Assembly (NCBI GenBank): GCA_021373135.1
Contig: JAJFTH010000006.1
Location: forward strand, 388,119 to 452,118
Direction: 5' to 3'
Source of the DNA: Bacteroidales bacterium
GTDB taxonomy: Bacteria; Bacteroidota; Bacteroidia; Bacteroidales; UBA1402
DNA: 64,000 bases
Below, in pieces: positions 25,812-35,952 of the stretch (positions within the stretch are counted from its first letter, which is position 1; every line of letters starts with the position of its first letter). The notes beneath the pieces are model-generated. The model did no database searches and had not been told where the DNA came from. It worked only from the letters and a program-made list of their open reading frames with translations. The translations under genes were made by a program, and so were the position numbers.

Positions 25812-27275
25812 TTACTTGTCAACCGGAAAATTGGGTAACAAGAAGTGATCTGCGTTATTGATGATGGTATCAACGTGGTTGATTTCGAGGAAAGTAGTTC
25901 CTCCGGCTACGCCGAAACTGCTACTGAGGTAGATGACCATGTCTCCTCCTTCCATCAAGTTCTTTTTTTTGAGCATTTTGAGGGCTGCCACCAGATAGAC
26001 GCGGGTGTTCTTTCTGATTTCCTGATAGATGGGAAATACGCCATAAGAAAGGGCCAATTGCCGGACTGTTCGTTCTTTGTAACAAATGGCATAAACGGGG
26101 TTTTTCCCGCGGAAAGCCGCAATGTATCGGGCTGTGGTTCCGGTATAAGAATCTGTTATGATGGCATCTGCACCCAGTAGGCATGCTCCCCTAACGGCTT
26201 GCTGTGCGAGGAACGAAGTGGCATTCATGGTTGATTCCGGCATCGGCACTTGGATATCGTTGACTGTCTCTTTGGTCTTTTCTGCTTCTTCTGCAATTTT
26301 GGACATGGTTTTAACGGCCTCTACCGGATATTTTCCATAGGCAGTTTCCCCACTGAGCATCAAGGCATCGGTGCGGTAATAGATGGCATTGGCCACATCG
26401 GTCACTTCGGCGCGGGTAGGCCGCGGGTTCTGTATCATGGTGTGGAGCATTTGGGTGGCGACGATGACCGGTTTTTTGGCCTCCACACATTTTCGGATAA
26501 GCATGCGCTGGATGCCTGGTATCTTTTCCTGAGGAACTTCTATGCCCAGATCACCACGGGCAACCATAACGCCATAGGCTGCTTCGAGAATTTCGTCGAT
26601 ATTGTCCACACCTTCCTGATTTTCGATTTTGGCGATGATTTTGATCGGACTGACATTGTCATCGAGGATTTCCTGAATGGACAAAATGTCTTGTTTGTTG
26701 CGTACGAAAGAATGGGCAATGAAATCGACATTGTAATCGATGGCCAGAAGGATGTTCTTTTTGTCTTTTTCGGTGAGGGAGGGCAAATTGATACGGACAC
26801 CAGGAATGTTCACGCTTTTCCGACTACCTAACTTTCCGTCATTCTGGGCTTCGCAAACCAAATAGTCTGCGGCTTTTTCAACAACACGCAAATCAATTTC
26901 CCCGTCGTCAATCAGTAGGTCGGTGCCTACCGACAAATCTTCCACCAGACTGATATATGAGCAGTAAATACATTCTGAAGAGGTGATTCCGGCAGGATTT
27001 CCTGCAATACGAATTTTTTGTCCTGTATTGATTTGGATGGTTTCATCATCTTTGATGAAAGTGGTTCGAATTTCAGGACCTTTTGTATCCATTAAAATTG
27101 CAATTTCGGATGATACAGCCCTGACATTTGAAATGATTTTCTGAAAACCTTCTTCGGTAAGATGGGCGGAATTCATCCGAACAACGTTCATTCCTGCTTC
27201 AAATAATTCACGGAGAAATTCAACATCACAACGTTTGTCAGATATAGTTGCTACAATTTTAGTGTGTTTTGACAT
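25812..27275 (-). CDS. pyk: Pyruvate kinase
   Basis: 487 aa. Contains TKIVATI, NVVRMNSAH, DTKGPEIR, MVARGDLGIE and VIVATQML. Confidence 0.93.
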   Translation of the reverse strand: MSKHTKIVATISDKRCDVEFLRELFEAGMNVVRMNSAHLTEEGFQKIISNVRAVSSEIAILMDTKGPEIRTTFIKDDETIQINTGQKIRIAGNPAGITSSECIYCSYISLVEDLSVGTDLLIDDGEIDLRVVEKAADYLVCEAQNDGKLGSRKSVNIPGVRINLPSLTEKDKKNILLAIDYNVDFIAHSFVRNKQDILSIQEILDDNVSPIKIIAKIENQEGVDNIDEILEAAYGVMVARGDLGIEVPQEKIPGIQRMLIRKCVEAKKPVIVATQMLHTMIQNPRPTRAEVTDVANAIYYRTDALMLSGETAYGKYPVEAVKTMSKIAEEAEKTKETVNDIQVPMPESTMNATSFLAQQAVRGACLLGADAIITDSYTGTTARYIAAFRGKNPVYAICYKERTVRQLALSYGVFPIYQEIRKNTRVYLVAALKMLKKKNLMEGGDMVIYLSSSFGVAGGTTFLEINHVDTIINNADHFLLPNFPVDK

Positions 27276-27332
27276 ATATATTTTTATAATCGATGATCAC
27301 TATGTTAAATTCAAGCACTTGCAATTGGATGG

Positions 27333-27761
27333 TCAGGCTTTCAATGCGAGAATGGCATCAACTCCTCTTCGGTACGAATCCATGCCAAATCCGGCAAAAG
27401 TGCCTTTGCAGGCATCCTTAATCATTGATACCTGACGGAAAGCTTCTCTTTTGGTGAGGTCTGAAATATGCACTTCAATCACAGGTGTCGTAACGGCTTT
27501 GATACAATCACGCAAAGCAATGGATGTGTGGGTGTAACCGCCTGCATTGAGTACAATTCCATCAAAATCAAAGCCCAGTTCCTGAATTTTGTCTATGAGT
27601 GCACCTTCGTGATTTGACTGAAAATACAAAAAATCGACTTGAGGATAGCTGACTTTAAGTTTTTCAAAATATGCTTCAAAGGACTCATTTCCATAGATGC
27701 CTGGTTCTCGCGTGCCTAACAAATTCAGGTTTGGGCCGTTGATAATGGCAATTTTTGTCAT
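27333..27761 (-). CDS. aroQ: Type II 3-dehydroquinate dehydratase
   Basis: 142 aa. Contains IINGPNLNLLGTREP, QSNHEG and NAGGYTHTS. Confidence 0.92.
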   Translation of the reverse strand: MTKIAIINGPNLNLLGTREPGIYGNESFEAYFEKLKVSYPQVDFLYFQSNHEGALIDKIQELGFDFDGIVLNAGGYTHTSIALRDCIKAVTTPVIEVHISDLTKREAFRQVSMIKDACKGTFAGFGMDSYRRGVDAILALKA

Positions 27762-27901
27762 GGTTTGCTTTTTTTTATATACTTTCGTCTGCAGGATATT
27801 GAAAAATTTGGCTCAGAAATGGATGTTGCTCTTATAAAAAAACCTTCTATGCCAAATTATGCTGCAAAGGTAGGAAAATTATTTTATTCGTGTGATTAGG
27901 T

Positions 27902-28801
27902 ATGGAAACAACTCCTCAATGGCTAAAAAAATATGTTGCTTTCCTGAAACTGGAGAAATCTCTTTCTTCCAATTCGGTGTCTGCCTATTTGAGTGACTTG
28001 CAAAAGTTGATGGATTATGTCGGAGATGCAAAGGATATCCTTTTATTGGATGCTTCGGATTTGGAAGAGTTTCTATGTCAGCTCAGGGACTTGGGCATAC
28101 ATCCCCGCTCTCAGGCAAGGATACTGTCCGGTCTCAAATCCTTTTACAAGTTTCTGATCATCGAAGACTATATTCGGAAAGATCCGACAGAATTGGTTGA
28201 AGCACCCCAATTGGGGACACATTTACCCGAAGTGCTTAGCCTGAAAGAAATAGATGCTATTTTGGACAGTATCGATCTTTCTGTGAAAGAAGGCCAGCGG
28301 AACAAAGCCATGCTTGAAACACTTTACAGTTGCGGGCTTCGCGTTTCTGAACTTGTAAAGCTTAAACTTTCACAATGCTATTTTAAGGATGAGTACATTT
28401 TGGTGGAGGGCAAAGGCAGTAAACAACGATTGGTCCCGATTTCCAACAAGGCCATCAAGGAAATTGAACTGTGGATGCCGGACCGAAACTTGCTTTCGGT
28501 GCAAAAAGGAAGTGAAGACTATGTTTTCCTGAATCGTAGAGGAGCCGGTCTGACCAGATCCATGATATTCCGGATCATTAAGCAACAGGCGGCTTTGGCC
28601 GGTATTCAGAAAAATATTGGTCCGCATACTTTTCGACACTCTTTTGCCACTCACTTGCTGGAGGGTGGTGCCAATTTGCGCGTGATTCAACAAATGCTTG
28701 GACATGAGAGCATTCAGACCACGGAAATATATACGCACATGGATAAGACCTATTTACGAGAACAGATTCTGACCTTTCACCCGAGAAATCTTAGACAATA
28801 G
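27902..28801 (+). CDS. xerD: Site-specific tyrosine recombinase XerD (chromosome dimer resolution type)
   Basis: 299 aa. Contains GLRVSEL, HTFRHSFATHLLEGGANLRVIQQMLGHESIQTTEIYTH (R-H-R-Y catalytic set). The size and the core-gene context fit Xer rather than a mobile-element integrase. Confidence 0.82.
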   Translation: METTPQWLKKYVAFLKLEKSLSSNSVSAYLSDLQKLMDYVGDAKDILLLDASDLEEFLCQLRDLGIHPRSQARILSGLKSFYKFLIIEDYIRKDPTELVEAPQLGTHLPEVLSLKEIDAILDSIDLSVKEGQRNKAMLETLYSCGLRVSELVKLKLSQCYFKDEYILVEGKGSKQRLVPISNKAIKEIELWMPDRNLLSVQKGSEDYVFLNRRGAGLTRSMIFRIIKQQAALAGIQKNIGPHTFRHSFATHLLEGGANLRVIQQMLGHESIQTTEIYTHMDKTYLREQILTFHPRNLRQ

Positions 28802-28818
28802 GGATATATGATTATGAC

Positions 28819-28843
28819 GCACAAAGACAATTGATTTTTGTGC
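28819..28843. terminator. Hairpin between convergent xerD and GNAT genes
   Basis: GCACAAA-(11 nt)-TTTGTGC is a 7-bp stem. The flanks are only modestly T-rich. Confidence 0.4.
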
Positions 28844-28859
28844 TTTGCAGAAAGAAAAA

Positions 28860-29138
28860 TCATTTTACAAGCTGTTCGTATTCCGGATGTCGTTTGATGT
28901 ATGCAACGACATAGGGACAAGAGGGTGTGATGGGTATATTCATCTTTTGAGCATATTCAAGGCCAAATTTCACGAGTGAGGCCGCGACGCCTCTGCCTTC
29001 AAATGCTTTTGGGACATAGGTATGTGCAAAAACCAGTCCGACTTCTGTCTCGTCATAGTCCAGGTATGAGATTTGACCGTCATCCATCAGAATTTCAAAT
29101 CTGCAAGCATCGGTATTATGTGTGACAATATAATCCAT
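28860..29138 (-). CDS. Small GNAT-family N-acetyltransferase (YjdJ-like)
   Basis: About 92 aa. Contains HNTDACRFEI, VPKAFEGRGVAS and CPYVVAYIKRHPEY. The listed start at 29159 is TTG; ATG 29138 is preferred. Confidence 0.7.
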   Translation of the reverse strand: MDYIVTHNTDACRFEILMDDGQISYLDYDETEVGLVFAHTYVPKAFEGRGVAASLVKFGLEYAQKMNIPITPSCPYVVAYIKRHPEYEQLVK

Positions 29139-29231
29139 GGTTTGTTTCAATTTGAACAACTATAACAATTATTCAAGATCATTTGTTTGTATTTCTTGAT
29201 TGGATAGAAATAATTTTTTTGATCGGATTTG

Positions 29232-30179
29232 TCAAAAACTATGATCTGTGTTCTTTTTTTTTGTCATGTAAAAGGTACAACCGACCAACAGAAGGATAGA
29301 GACCAAGCAAAGCCACCAAGTGCTGTTCAGCCCGATTTGGTCAGGATCTTCCGTGATCAAGCCTTTGTTTTGTAAAAAGACCGCTATCGTGGAAACCGCA
29401 TTGTTTGTAAAGTGTGCCAACACCGGTACCCAAATGGAACCACTCCACCATAACAAATATCCGAACCATGCCCCTAAAAGTAATCTGGGAATAAAACCGT
29501 AAAATTGCATATGAATGGCACTGAACAAAAAGGCAACCAGCCAAATGGTGGTATGCATCACCCAATCCGGCATTTTCCCGGACTGGGTATTTGGCCACAG
29601 TCCTTTGGAAAATAAGCTTTGAAGAGCACCTCTGAAAAGAAATTCTTCGCCAATGCCGGCCAATGCACCGACAATGATCAGATTGACAATCAGTGTCCAC
29701 CATGAGGATCCATTTAACAGAATTGTTGTTACCTTTTCTGCTGTATCTTCTGATGTGCGCATCCAGGACTCCAACCCCTGCATGGATTCAGGCAGGTGCA
29801 ATCCGGCATTCCATTCGACCAGAGCATTGATGAGAGGTATCATTAAAATAATGCTAATGATTCCGAAGATTGCAAATGAAAAGCTTGGCCTCTTCAAATG
29901 GATAAAATCAGTGGAATTTTCTTTAAATAGTTTGGATAGGATGAACGGTGGAAATATAAAAACAAAAAAAGATTGCAAGGTTTGCATGATGCGCAAAAGA
30001 TGGGCATTATCATTCAATGCTGCAAGTCTTTCGTTGGTCATGGCAAGGTCAAATCCGGATATTGCAAAAACGACCACTAGAAAAACCGCATAGGTAATGA
30101 TCAGACCGGTGAAAATAACGCTCAGAAACATCAATATGCGATAAAATAAAGAAGTTTCGGGTTTGCAAAAGCTCCTCAT
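29232..30179 (-). CDS. CPBP family intramembrane glutamic endopeptidase (CAAX protease-like)
   Basis: Multi-TM protein with the motifs GIGEEFLFRGALQ and FSAIH...HFTNN. The listed start at 30257 is TTG; ATG 30179 is preferred. Confidence 0.75.
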   Translation of the reverse strand: MRSFCKPETSLFYRILMFLSVIFTGLIITYAVFLVVVFAISGFDLAMTNERLAALNDNAHLLRIMQTLQSFFVFIFPPFILSKLFKENSTDFIHLKRPSFSFAIFGIISIILMIPLINALVEWNAGLHLPESMQGLESWMRTSEDTAEKVTTILLNGSSWWTLIVNLIIVGALAGIGEEFLFRGALQSLFSKGLWPNTQSGKMPDWVMHTTIWLVAFLFSAIHMQFYGFIPRLLLGAWFGYLLWWSGSIWVPVLAHFTNNAVSTIAVFLQNKGLITEDPDQIGLNSTWWLCLVSILLLVGCTFYMTKKKNTDHSF

Positions 30180-30302
30180 CTTGTTTTTTCTACAAATATA
30201 ATCGGAAACGTAATATGATGTGCCGATGAGAGAAATAATGTTTCTTTGTTTTGTCAATTCAAAGAATAACAGTAATTTTGCGGCTCAAAAAAATGCATCA
30301 AA

Positions 30303-31643
30303 ATGAATGTAGATAAACAAGTTGTTGATTCGGTCAATGCCGTTGTCAAGATTCAGCTGCTGAAAGCTGATTATCAGGAAAAGGTTGAGAATACACTCAA
30401 AACCTATCGTAAAAAAGCCAATGTTCCGGGTTTCCGTCCTGGTAATGTGCCTGTAGGTTTGATTAAAAAGATGTATGGCAAAGCTGTTTTGGCTGATGAA
30501 GTTCAGAATGCCATATCTCAGGCTTTGTATGATTATATCAAGGAAAACAAGCTCAGCATCCTTGGTGAACCTCTGCCCAGCGAAACACAGGCAGAAATAG
30601 ATTTTGACAATCAGGAAGACTTTGAATTCTCCTTTGACATCGCATTGGCACCGGAACTCAACTTCACGCTCAATAAAAAAGATTCTGTACCTTATTATAA
30701 TATCCAGATTACAGACGAAATGGTCAATGAGCAGGTCAAAAATATGGCTGCCAGAAACGGTTCATACATCAAGGTTGAAAAATCAGAAGAAAAAGATATA
30801 CTCAAAGGAATGCTCACTGAAGTTCAACCGGATGGAACAGGTATCACTGTTGAAGATGCTGTCCTGATGCCTGCCTATTTTAAGGATGAGGAAGAAAAAA
30901 CCAAGATGATTGGTTTAGGAGTTGGTGATACAGTCGTATTCAACCCAGCCAAAGCTTATGATAATACCGAGAGTGAGATTGCGTCTTTGCTCCACATTGC
31001 GAAAGAAGTTGCAAAAGATATCACTTCAGATTTCAGCTTTGAAGTGAAAGAGATTACCAGATATAAAGATGGTGACCTGAATCAGGACTTGTTTGACCAG
31101 CTTTTCGGCAAGGATACAGTGAAGACAGAAGAAGAGTTCCGTATCAAGGTAAAAGAATCCCTCGAATCTCAGTTTGCTCCAGAAAGTGATTACCGCTTGA
31201 TGGTAGATGCAGAAAAAGCATTGGTGAAGAAATTAAGCGACATTCAATTCCCTGTAGATTTCCTGAAACGTTGGATGCTTTCCACAGACAAGAAACGTAA
31301 CGCAGAAGAAATTGAAACAGAGATGCCTAAGATGATTGAAGATCTGAAATGGCATCTGATGAAAGAAAAGATTGTCAAAGACAATTCATTGACCGTTTCT
31401 GAAGAAGACCTGATGGAAACAGCCAAGAAGGTTACCCGCGCACAATTTGCACAATACGGTATGATGTCTGTTCCTGATGACTTGTTGGCCAATTATGCGG
31501 CGGAGATGCTTAAAAAGGAAGAAACTAAGCGCAATATTTTGGATCAAGCGATGTCTACCATTGTTGCAGCATACTTGAAAGGTGTTATCAAACTCAACGA
31601 AAAATCGATCAGTGTTGAAGACTTCAATAAACTTTATGCCTGA
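30303..31643 (+). CDS. tig: Trigger factor
   Basis: 446 aa. The N-terminal ribosome-binding motif is VPGFRPGNVP. It lies immediately upstream of clpP-clpX, the conserved tig-clpP-clpX arrangement. Confidence 0.88.
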   Translation: MNVDKQVVDSVNAVVKIQLLKADYQEKVENTLKTYRKKANVPGFRPGNVPVGLIKKMYGKAVLADEVQNAISQALYDYIKENKLSILGEPLPSETQAEIDFDNQEDFEFSFDIALAPELNFTLNKKDSVPYYNIQITDEMVNEQVKNMAARNGSYIKVEKSEEKDILKGMLTEVQPDGTGITVEDAVLMPAYFKDEEEKTKMIGLGVGDTVVFNPAKAYDNTESEIASLLHIAKEVAKDITSDFSFEVKEITRYKDGDLNQDLFDQLFGKDTVKTEEEFRIKVKESLESQFAPESDYRLMVDAEKALVKKLSDIQFPVDFLKRWMLSTDKKRNAEEIETEMPKMIEDLKWHLMKEKIVKDNSLTVSEEDLMETAKKVTRAQFAQYGMMSVPDDLLANYAAEMLKKEETKRNILDQAMSTIVAAYLKGVIKLNEKSISVEDFNKLYA

Positions 31644-31664
31644 TTTTTCCTTGATCAAATAAAT

Positions 31665-31708
31665 AAATATGGCTGTGAATAATTTTTCACAGCCATATTT
31701 ATTTGTTT
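31665..31708 (+). terminator. Rho-independent terminator after tig
   Basis: AAATATGGCTGTGA-ataatttt-TCACAGCCATATTT is a perfect 14-bp stem followed by ATTTGTTT. Confidence 0.8.
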
Positions 31709-31778
31709 AAGTAATAAATTTATTTATACATTTGCTGTTCGGCTGTAAAGGCCTTGCAAACTAAACAAATAAATGTGT

Positions 31779-32444
31779 ATGAACGATTTCCGAAAATTTG
31801 CCACCGGACATTTGAACATGAGCGGGTCGGCTTTGGATGATTATATGAAAATTACCAGTAACTACATTTCTCCGACCATCATTGAAGAACGTCAGATGAA
31901 TGTAGCTCAAATGGATGTATTCTCTCGTTTGATGATGGACCGCATCATTTTTTTAGGCACACAGGTGGATGATTATACCGCCAATGTTGTACAGGCACAA
32001 TTGCTTTATCTGGACTCTGCAGATCCAGGCAAAGATATTTCCTTATATTTGAATTCACCTGGAGGAAGTGTTTATGACGGCTTGGGTATTTATGACACCA
32101 TGCAGTTCATTTCCAGCGATGTTTCCACCATTTGTACAGGTATGGCAGCATCCATGGCGGCAGTCTTGCTTGTCGCCGGAACAAAAGGCAAACGTTTTGC
32201 ATTAAAACATTCCAGAGTGATGATCCATCAACCGATGGGCGGTGCTCAGGGGCAAGCTTCTGATATTGAAATCACAGCCCGTGAAATTCAGAAGATGAAG
32301 AAAGAGTTGTATCAAATCATAGCCGACCATTCCGGAAAACCATTCGAACAGGTTGAGAAAGATTCAGACCGCGATTACTGGATGACTTCTTATGAAGCTA
32401 AAGAGTATGGCATGATTGATGAAGTAATGATTCGAACCAAGTAA
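31779..32444 (+). CDS. clpP: ATP-dependent Clp protease proteolytic subunit
   Basis: Contains DRIIFLG, the catalytic Ser in [12 protein letters not shown], and His in MIHQPMGG. Start taken at ATG 31779 (MNDFRKF). Confidence 0.93.
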   Translation: MNDFRKFATGHLNMSGSALDDYMKITSNYISPTIIEERQMNVAQMDVFSRLMMDRIIFLGTQVDDYTANVVQAQLLYLDSADPGKDISLYLNSPGGSVYDGLGIYDTMQFISSDVSTICTGMAASMAAVLLVAGTKGKRFALKHSRVMIHQPMGGAQGQASDIEITAREIQKMKKELYQIIADHSGKPFEQVEKDSDRDYWMTSYEAKEYGMIDEVMIRTK

Positions 32445-32446
32445 GA

Positions 32447-33679
32447 ATGCCGAAATTAATCGAAAAATGTAGTTTTTGTGGACGTAGCCGTGATCAGGTC
32501 AGTTTATTGATTACCGGTGCTACCGGCAATATCTGTTCTGACTGTGCAGAACGTGCTTCAGAAATGATCCGTGAAACAGAAAAAAAAGGTCCGAATAAAG
32601 CATTCAGTCTAAGTAAGGAAGAATTACCAAAACCCAAAGAGATCAAACAGTTTCTCGATCAATATGTCATTGGTCAGGATGAGGCCAAGAAATATCTTTC
32701 CGTTTCGGTATACAATCACTATAAAAGACTTCTGCAAAAGGACAGCGGCGATGAGGTTGAGATTGAGAAATCCAACATCATCATGGTCGGTTCTACAGGA
32801 ACAGGAAAAACACTACTGGCCCGCACCATTGCAAAAAAATTGCATGTACCTTTTACCATTGTGGATGCCACGGTGCTGACAGAAGCCGGTTATGTGGGAG
32901 AAGATATCGAAAGTATCCTGACCAGGCTTTTGCAGGTGGCTGATTATGATGTGGCCAAGGCTGAGGTTGGTATTGTGTTTATTGATGAAATCGATAAGAT
33001 CGCCCGTAAAGGTGATAATCCTTCCATTACACGTGATGTAAGCGGAGAAGGTGTGCAGCAGGGACTTTTGAAGTTATTGGAAGGAGCTGTGGTGAATGTT
33101 CCGCCTCAAGGAGGCAGAAAACATCCGGATCAAAAAATGATCCCTGTGAATACAAAAAATATTTTGTTTATTTGTGGTGGTGCTTTTGACGGAATTGAGA
33201 AGAAAATTGCAGCACGATTGAACACAAAAGTGGTGGGTTATAGTGCAGCAAAAGAAAGCAATCAGGTTGACAGAACGAATTTTTTGCAATACATTGCTCC
33301 CCAAGATTTAAAAGCCTTTGGACTGATACCGGAAATCATCGGACGTTTACCGGTCCTGACCTATTTGAATCCTTTGGACAGAAAAGCACTTCGTGCCATT
33401 CTGACAGAACCGAAGAATTCAATCATCAGGCAGTATGTCAAATTGTTTGAGATGGATCATGTCGCATTGAGCTTTGAGCCCGAAGTTTTTGACTATATTG
33501 TAGATAAAGCGATAGAGTTCAAGTTGGGGGCTCGTGGTTTAAGAGCTATCTCGGAGAACATCATTATGGATTCGATGTACGAGATACCTTCCGGTTCGCA
33601 GGATAAGTTGTGCGTCACATTGGATTATGCGCGTTCAAAGGTCGAATCATTGACTCACACTCGTTTGATTAGCGCATAG
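32447..33679 (+). CDS. clpX: ATP-dependent Clp protease ATP-binding subunit ClpX
   Basis: The zinc finger is CSFCG...CSDC, Walker A is [11 protein letters not shown] and Walker B is IVFIDEIDK. Confidence 0.94.
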   Translation: MPKLIEKCSFCGRSRDQVSLLITGATGNICSDCAERASEMIRETEKKGPNKAFSLSKEELPKPKEIKQFLDQYVIGQDEAKKYLSVSVYNHYKRLLQKDSGDEVEIEKSNIIMVGSTGTGKTLLARTIAKKLHVPFTIVDATVLTEAGYVGEDIESILTRLLQVADYDVAKAEVGIVFIDEIDKIARKGDNPSITRDVSGEGVQQGLLKLLEGAVVNVPPQGGRKHPDQKMIPVNTKNILFICGGAFDGIEKKIAARLNTKVVGYSAAKESNQVDRTNFLQYIAPQDLKAFGLIPEIIGRLPVLTYLNPLDRKALRAILTEPKNSIIRQYVKLFEMDHVALSFEPEVFDYIVDKAIEFKLGARGLRAISENIIMDSMYEIPSGSQDKLCVTLDYARSKVESLTHTRLISA

Positions 33680-33693
33680 AGAAAAAATATATT

Positions 33694-35874
33694 ATGGGGA
33701 AATCGGATGAATTGACAAGATGTTTAAAAACTTATTTTGGTTTTGATTCATTTAAGGGAAGCCAGGAAGAAATAATCCGCAATGTCATGGCCGGGAAAGA
33801 CACTTTTGTGTTAATGCCTACCGGAGGTGGCAAATCTTTGTGCTATCAGCTTCCTTCATTATTGATGAAGGGTACTGCTGTGGTTGTTTCTCCCCTGATT
33901 GCCCTGATGAAAAACCAGGTGGACGCCATGCGGAATTTCAGCGATGAAGACGGCGTAGCACATTTTATCAATTCTTCCCTTAATAAAGCGGCTATCGATC
34001 AGGTTAAGGGTGATATTCTTTCCGGAAAGACCAAATTGCTTTATGTGGCTCCGGAATCTTTGACCAAAGAAGAGAACGTTGAGTTTCTGAAACAGATTCC
34101 CATTTCCTTGTTTGCAGTGGATGAAGCTCATTGTATTTCGGAATGGGGACATGACTTTCGCCCTGAATACCGGCGTATCCGTCCATTGATCAATGAAATC
34201 GGGAGGGCTCCGATCATAGCACTGACGGCTACGGCCACCCCCAAGGTGCAACATGATATCCAGAAGAATCTGGGCATGGCGGAAGCGACTGTTTTCAAGT
34301 CTTCCTTTAACCGGCCAAACCTCTATTACGAGGTTCGTCCCAAAACGGCAAACATTGACCGTGAAATCATCAAGTACATCAAGGCAAATCTCGGCAAGTC
34401 CGGCATCATTTATTGCCTGAGTCGGAAAAAGGTGGAAGAATTGGCCCAGACTTTACAAGTGAACGGCATTAAGGCTTTGGCCTATCATGCAGGGATGGAT
34501 TCAGCCGTACGTACAGAAAATCAGGATGCATTCCTGATGGAAAAAATAGATGTGATTGTTGCGACAATCGCGTTTGGGATGGGTATTGATAAACCTGATG
34601 TGCGTTTTGTCATTCATTATGACATTCCAAAAAGTCTTGAAGGATACTATCAGGAAACCGGAAGAGCCGGTCGTGATGATGGAGAAGGTCATTGTATTAC
34701 CTTCTATTCCAACAAGGATTTACAAAAATTGGAAAAATTCATGCAGGGTAAACCTGTTGCCGAACAGGAAATCGGAAAAGAGCTTTTGCTGGAGACCGCA
34801 GCTTATGCAGAGTCTTCGGTTTGCCGGCGAAAATTGCTCCTACATTATTTCGGAGAAATATATACGCAAGATAATTGCGGAAGCTGTGATAATTGTTCAA
34901 ATCCTAAAAAACAGGTGGAAGCAAAGGATTTATTATGTACTGTTCTTGAAACAGTCATTGCATTAAAAGAAAGATTTAAGACGGATCACGTCATTGATGT
35001 ACTCTTGGGTAAAGAAACTTCAGAGGTTACATCATACCAGCATGATGAGCTGGATGTATTTGGTAGCGGAACAGATGAGGATGAAAAGACTTGGAATTCT
35101 GTCATTCGTCAGGCACTTATCAGCCGTTTTCTTGATAAGGACATTGAAAATTACGGACTGCTCAAAGTTACTGCGAGTGGCAGGGAATTTCTCAAGAATC
35201 CTGTCAGTTTCAAAGTGGTTGAAGATTCTGACTTTGAAGATTCTGAAGAGGAAGTGCCGGTTCGTGGAGGAGCAGCATGTGCTGTTGACCCCGGTCTTTA
35301 TTCCATGTTGAAAGATTTGCGCAAGCGGGTATCCAAGAAACTGAATCTTCCTCCTTATGTGATTTTTCAGGATCCATCCCTGGAAGCTATGGCTACAACT
35401 TATCCCATCAATATGGAAGAGCTGCAAAATATACCTGGCGTTGGAGCAGGAAAAGCCAAACGCTATGGAGAAGAATTTCTGTCCCTGATCAAGAAACATG
35501 TCGAGGAAAATGAGATTGAACGTCCTGAAGATTTAAGAGTTCGTACCGTCGCAAACAAATCCAAAATGAAGGTGTCCATTATCCAGTCCATTGACCGGAA
35601 AATTGCATTGGACGATTTGGCCTTGACAAAGGGTCTTGATTTCGGAGAATTGTTGGATGAGATAGAAGCTATTGTTTATTCAGGAACCAAAATCAATATA
35701 GATTATTTTCTGAATGAAATCATGGATGAAGATCACATCGATGAAATCATGGAGTACTTCAAGGAATCCTCTACAGATAGCATTCAGGAAGCAATTGATG
35801 AACTGGGCGGAGATTTCACAGAAGAAGAGGTTCGTTTGGTACGGATTAAGTTTATTTCCGAGATGGGAAATTAA
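33694..35874 (+). CDS. recQ: ATP-dependent DNA helicase RecQ
   Basis: 726 aa. Contains MPTGGGKSLCYQLP, DEAHCISEWGHDFRP, the zinc-binding CRRKLLLHYFGE...CGSCDNC and a C-terminal HRDC-like region. Confidence 0.93.
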   Translation: MGKSDELTRCLKTYFGFDSFKGSQEEIIRNVMAGKDTFVLMPTGGGKSLCYQLPSLLMKGTAVVVSPLIALMKNQVDAMRNFSDEDGVAHFINSSLNKAAIDQVKGDILSGKTKLLYVAPESLTKEENVEFLKQIPISLFAVDEAHCISEWGHDFRPEYRRIRPLINEIGRAPIIALTATATPKVQHDIQKNLGMAEATVFKSSFNRPNLYYEVRPKTANIDREIIKYIKANLGKSGIIYCLSRKKVEELAQTLQVNGIKALAYHAGMDSAVRTENQDAFLMEKIDVIVATIAFGMGIDKPDVRFVIHYDIPKSLEGYYQETGRAGRDDGEGHCITFYSNKDLQKLEKFMQGKPVAEQEIGKELLLETAAYAESSVCRRKLLLHYFGEIYTQDNCGSCDNCSNPKKQVEAKDLLCTVLETVIALKERFKTDHVIDVLLGKETSEVTSYQHDELDVFGSGTDEDEKTWNSVIRQALISRFLDKDIENYGLLKVTASGREFLKNPVSFKVVEDSDFEDSEEEVPVRGGAACAVDPGLYSMLKDLRKRVSKKLNLPPYVIFQDPSLEAMATTYPINMEELQNIPGVGAGKAKRYGEEFLSLIKKHVEENEIERPEDLRVRTVANKSKMKVSIIQSIDRKIALDDLALTKGLDFGELLDEIEAIVYSGTKINIDYFLNEIMDEDHIDEIMEYFKESSTDSIQEAIDELGGDFTEEEVRLVRIKFISEMGN

Positions 35875-35952
35875 TCTGTGAAAAATGTGTTTTTACTCGC
35901 AAAGGACAGTTCCCTTGCTTGTCCATTAGAAAATTTAATAATATTATAAATC

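Noticed and set aside
27902-28801. Tyrosine recombinase as the integrase of the island.
   Set aside because: It lies 18 kb from the island among housekeeping genes. At about 300 aa, and with the XerD-type motif set, it indicates chromosome dimer resolution rather than element integration.
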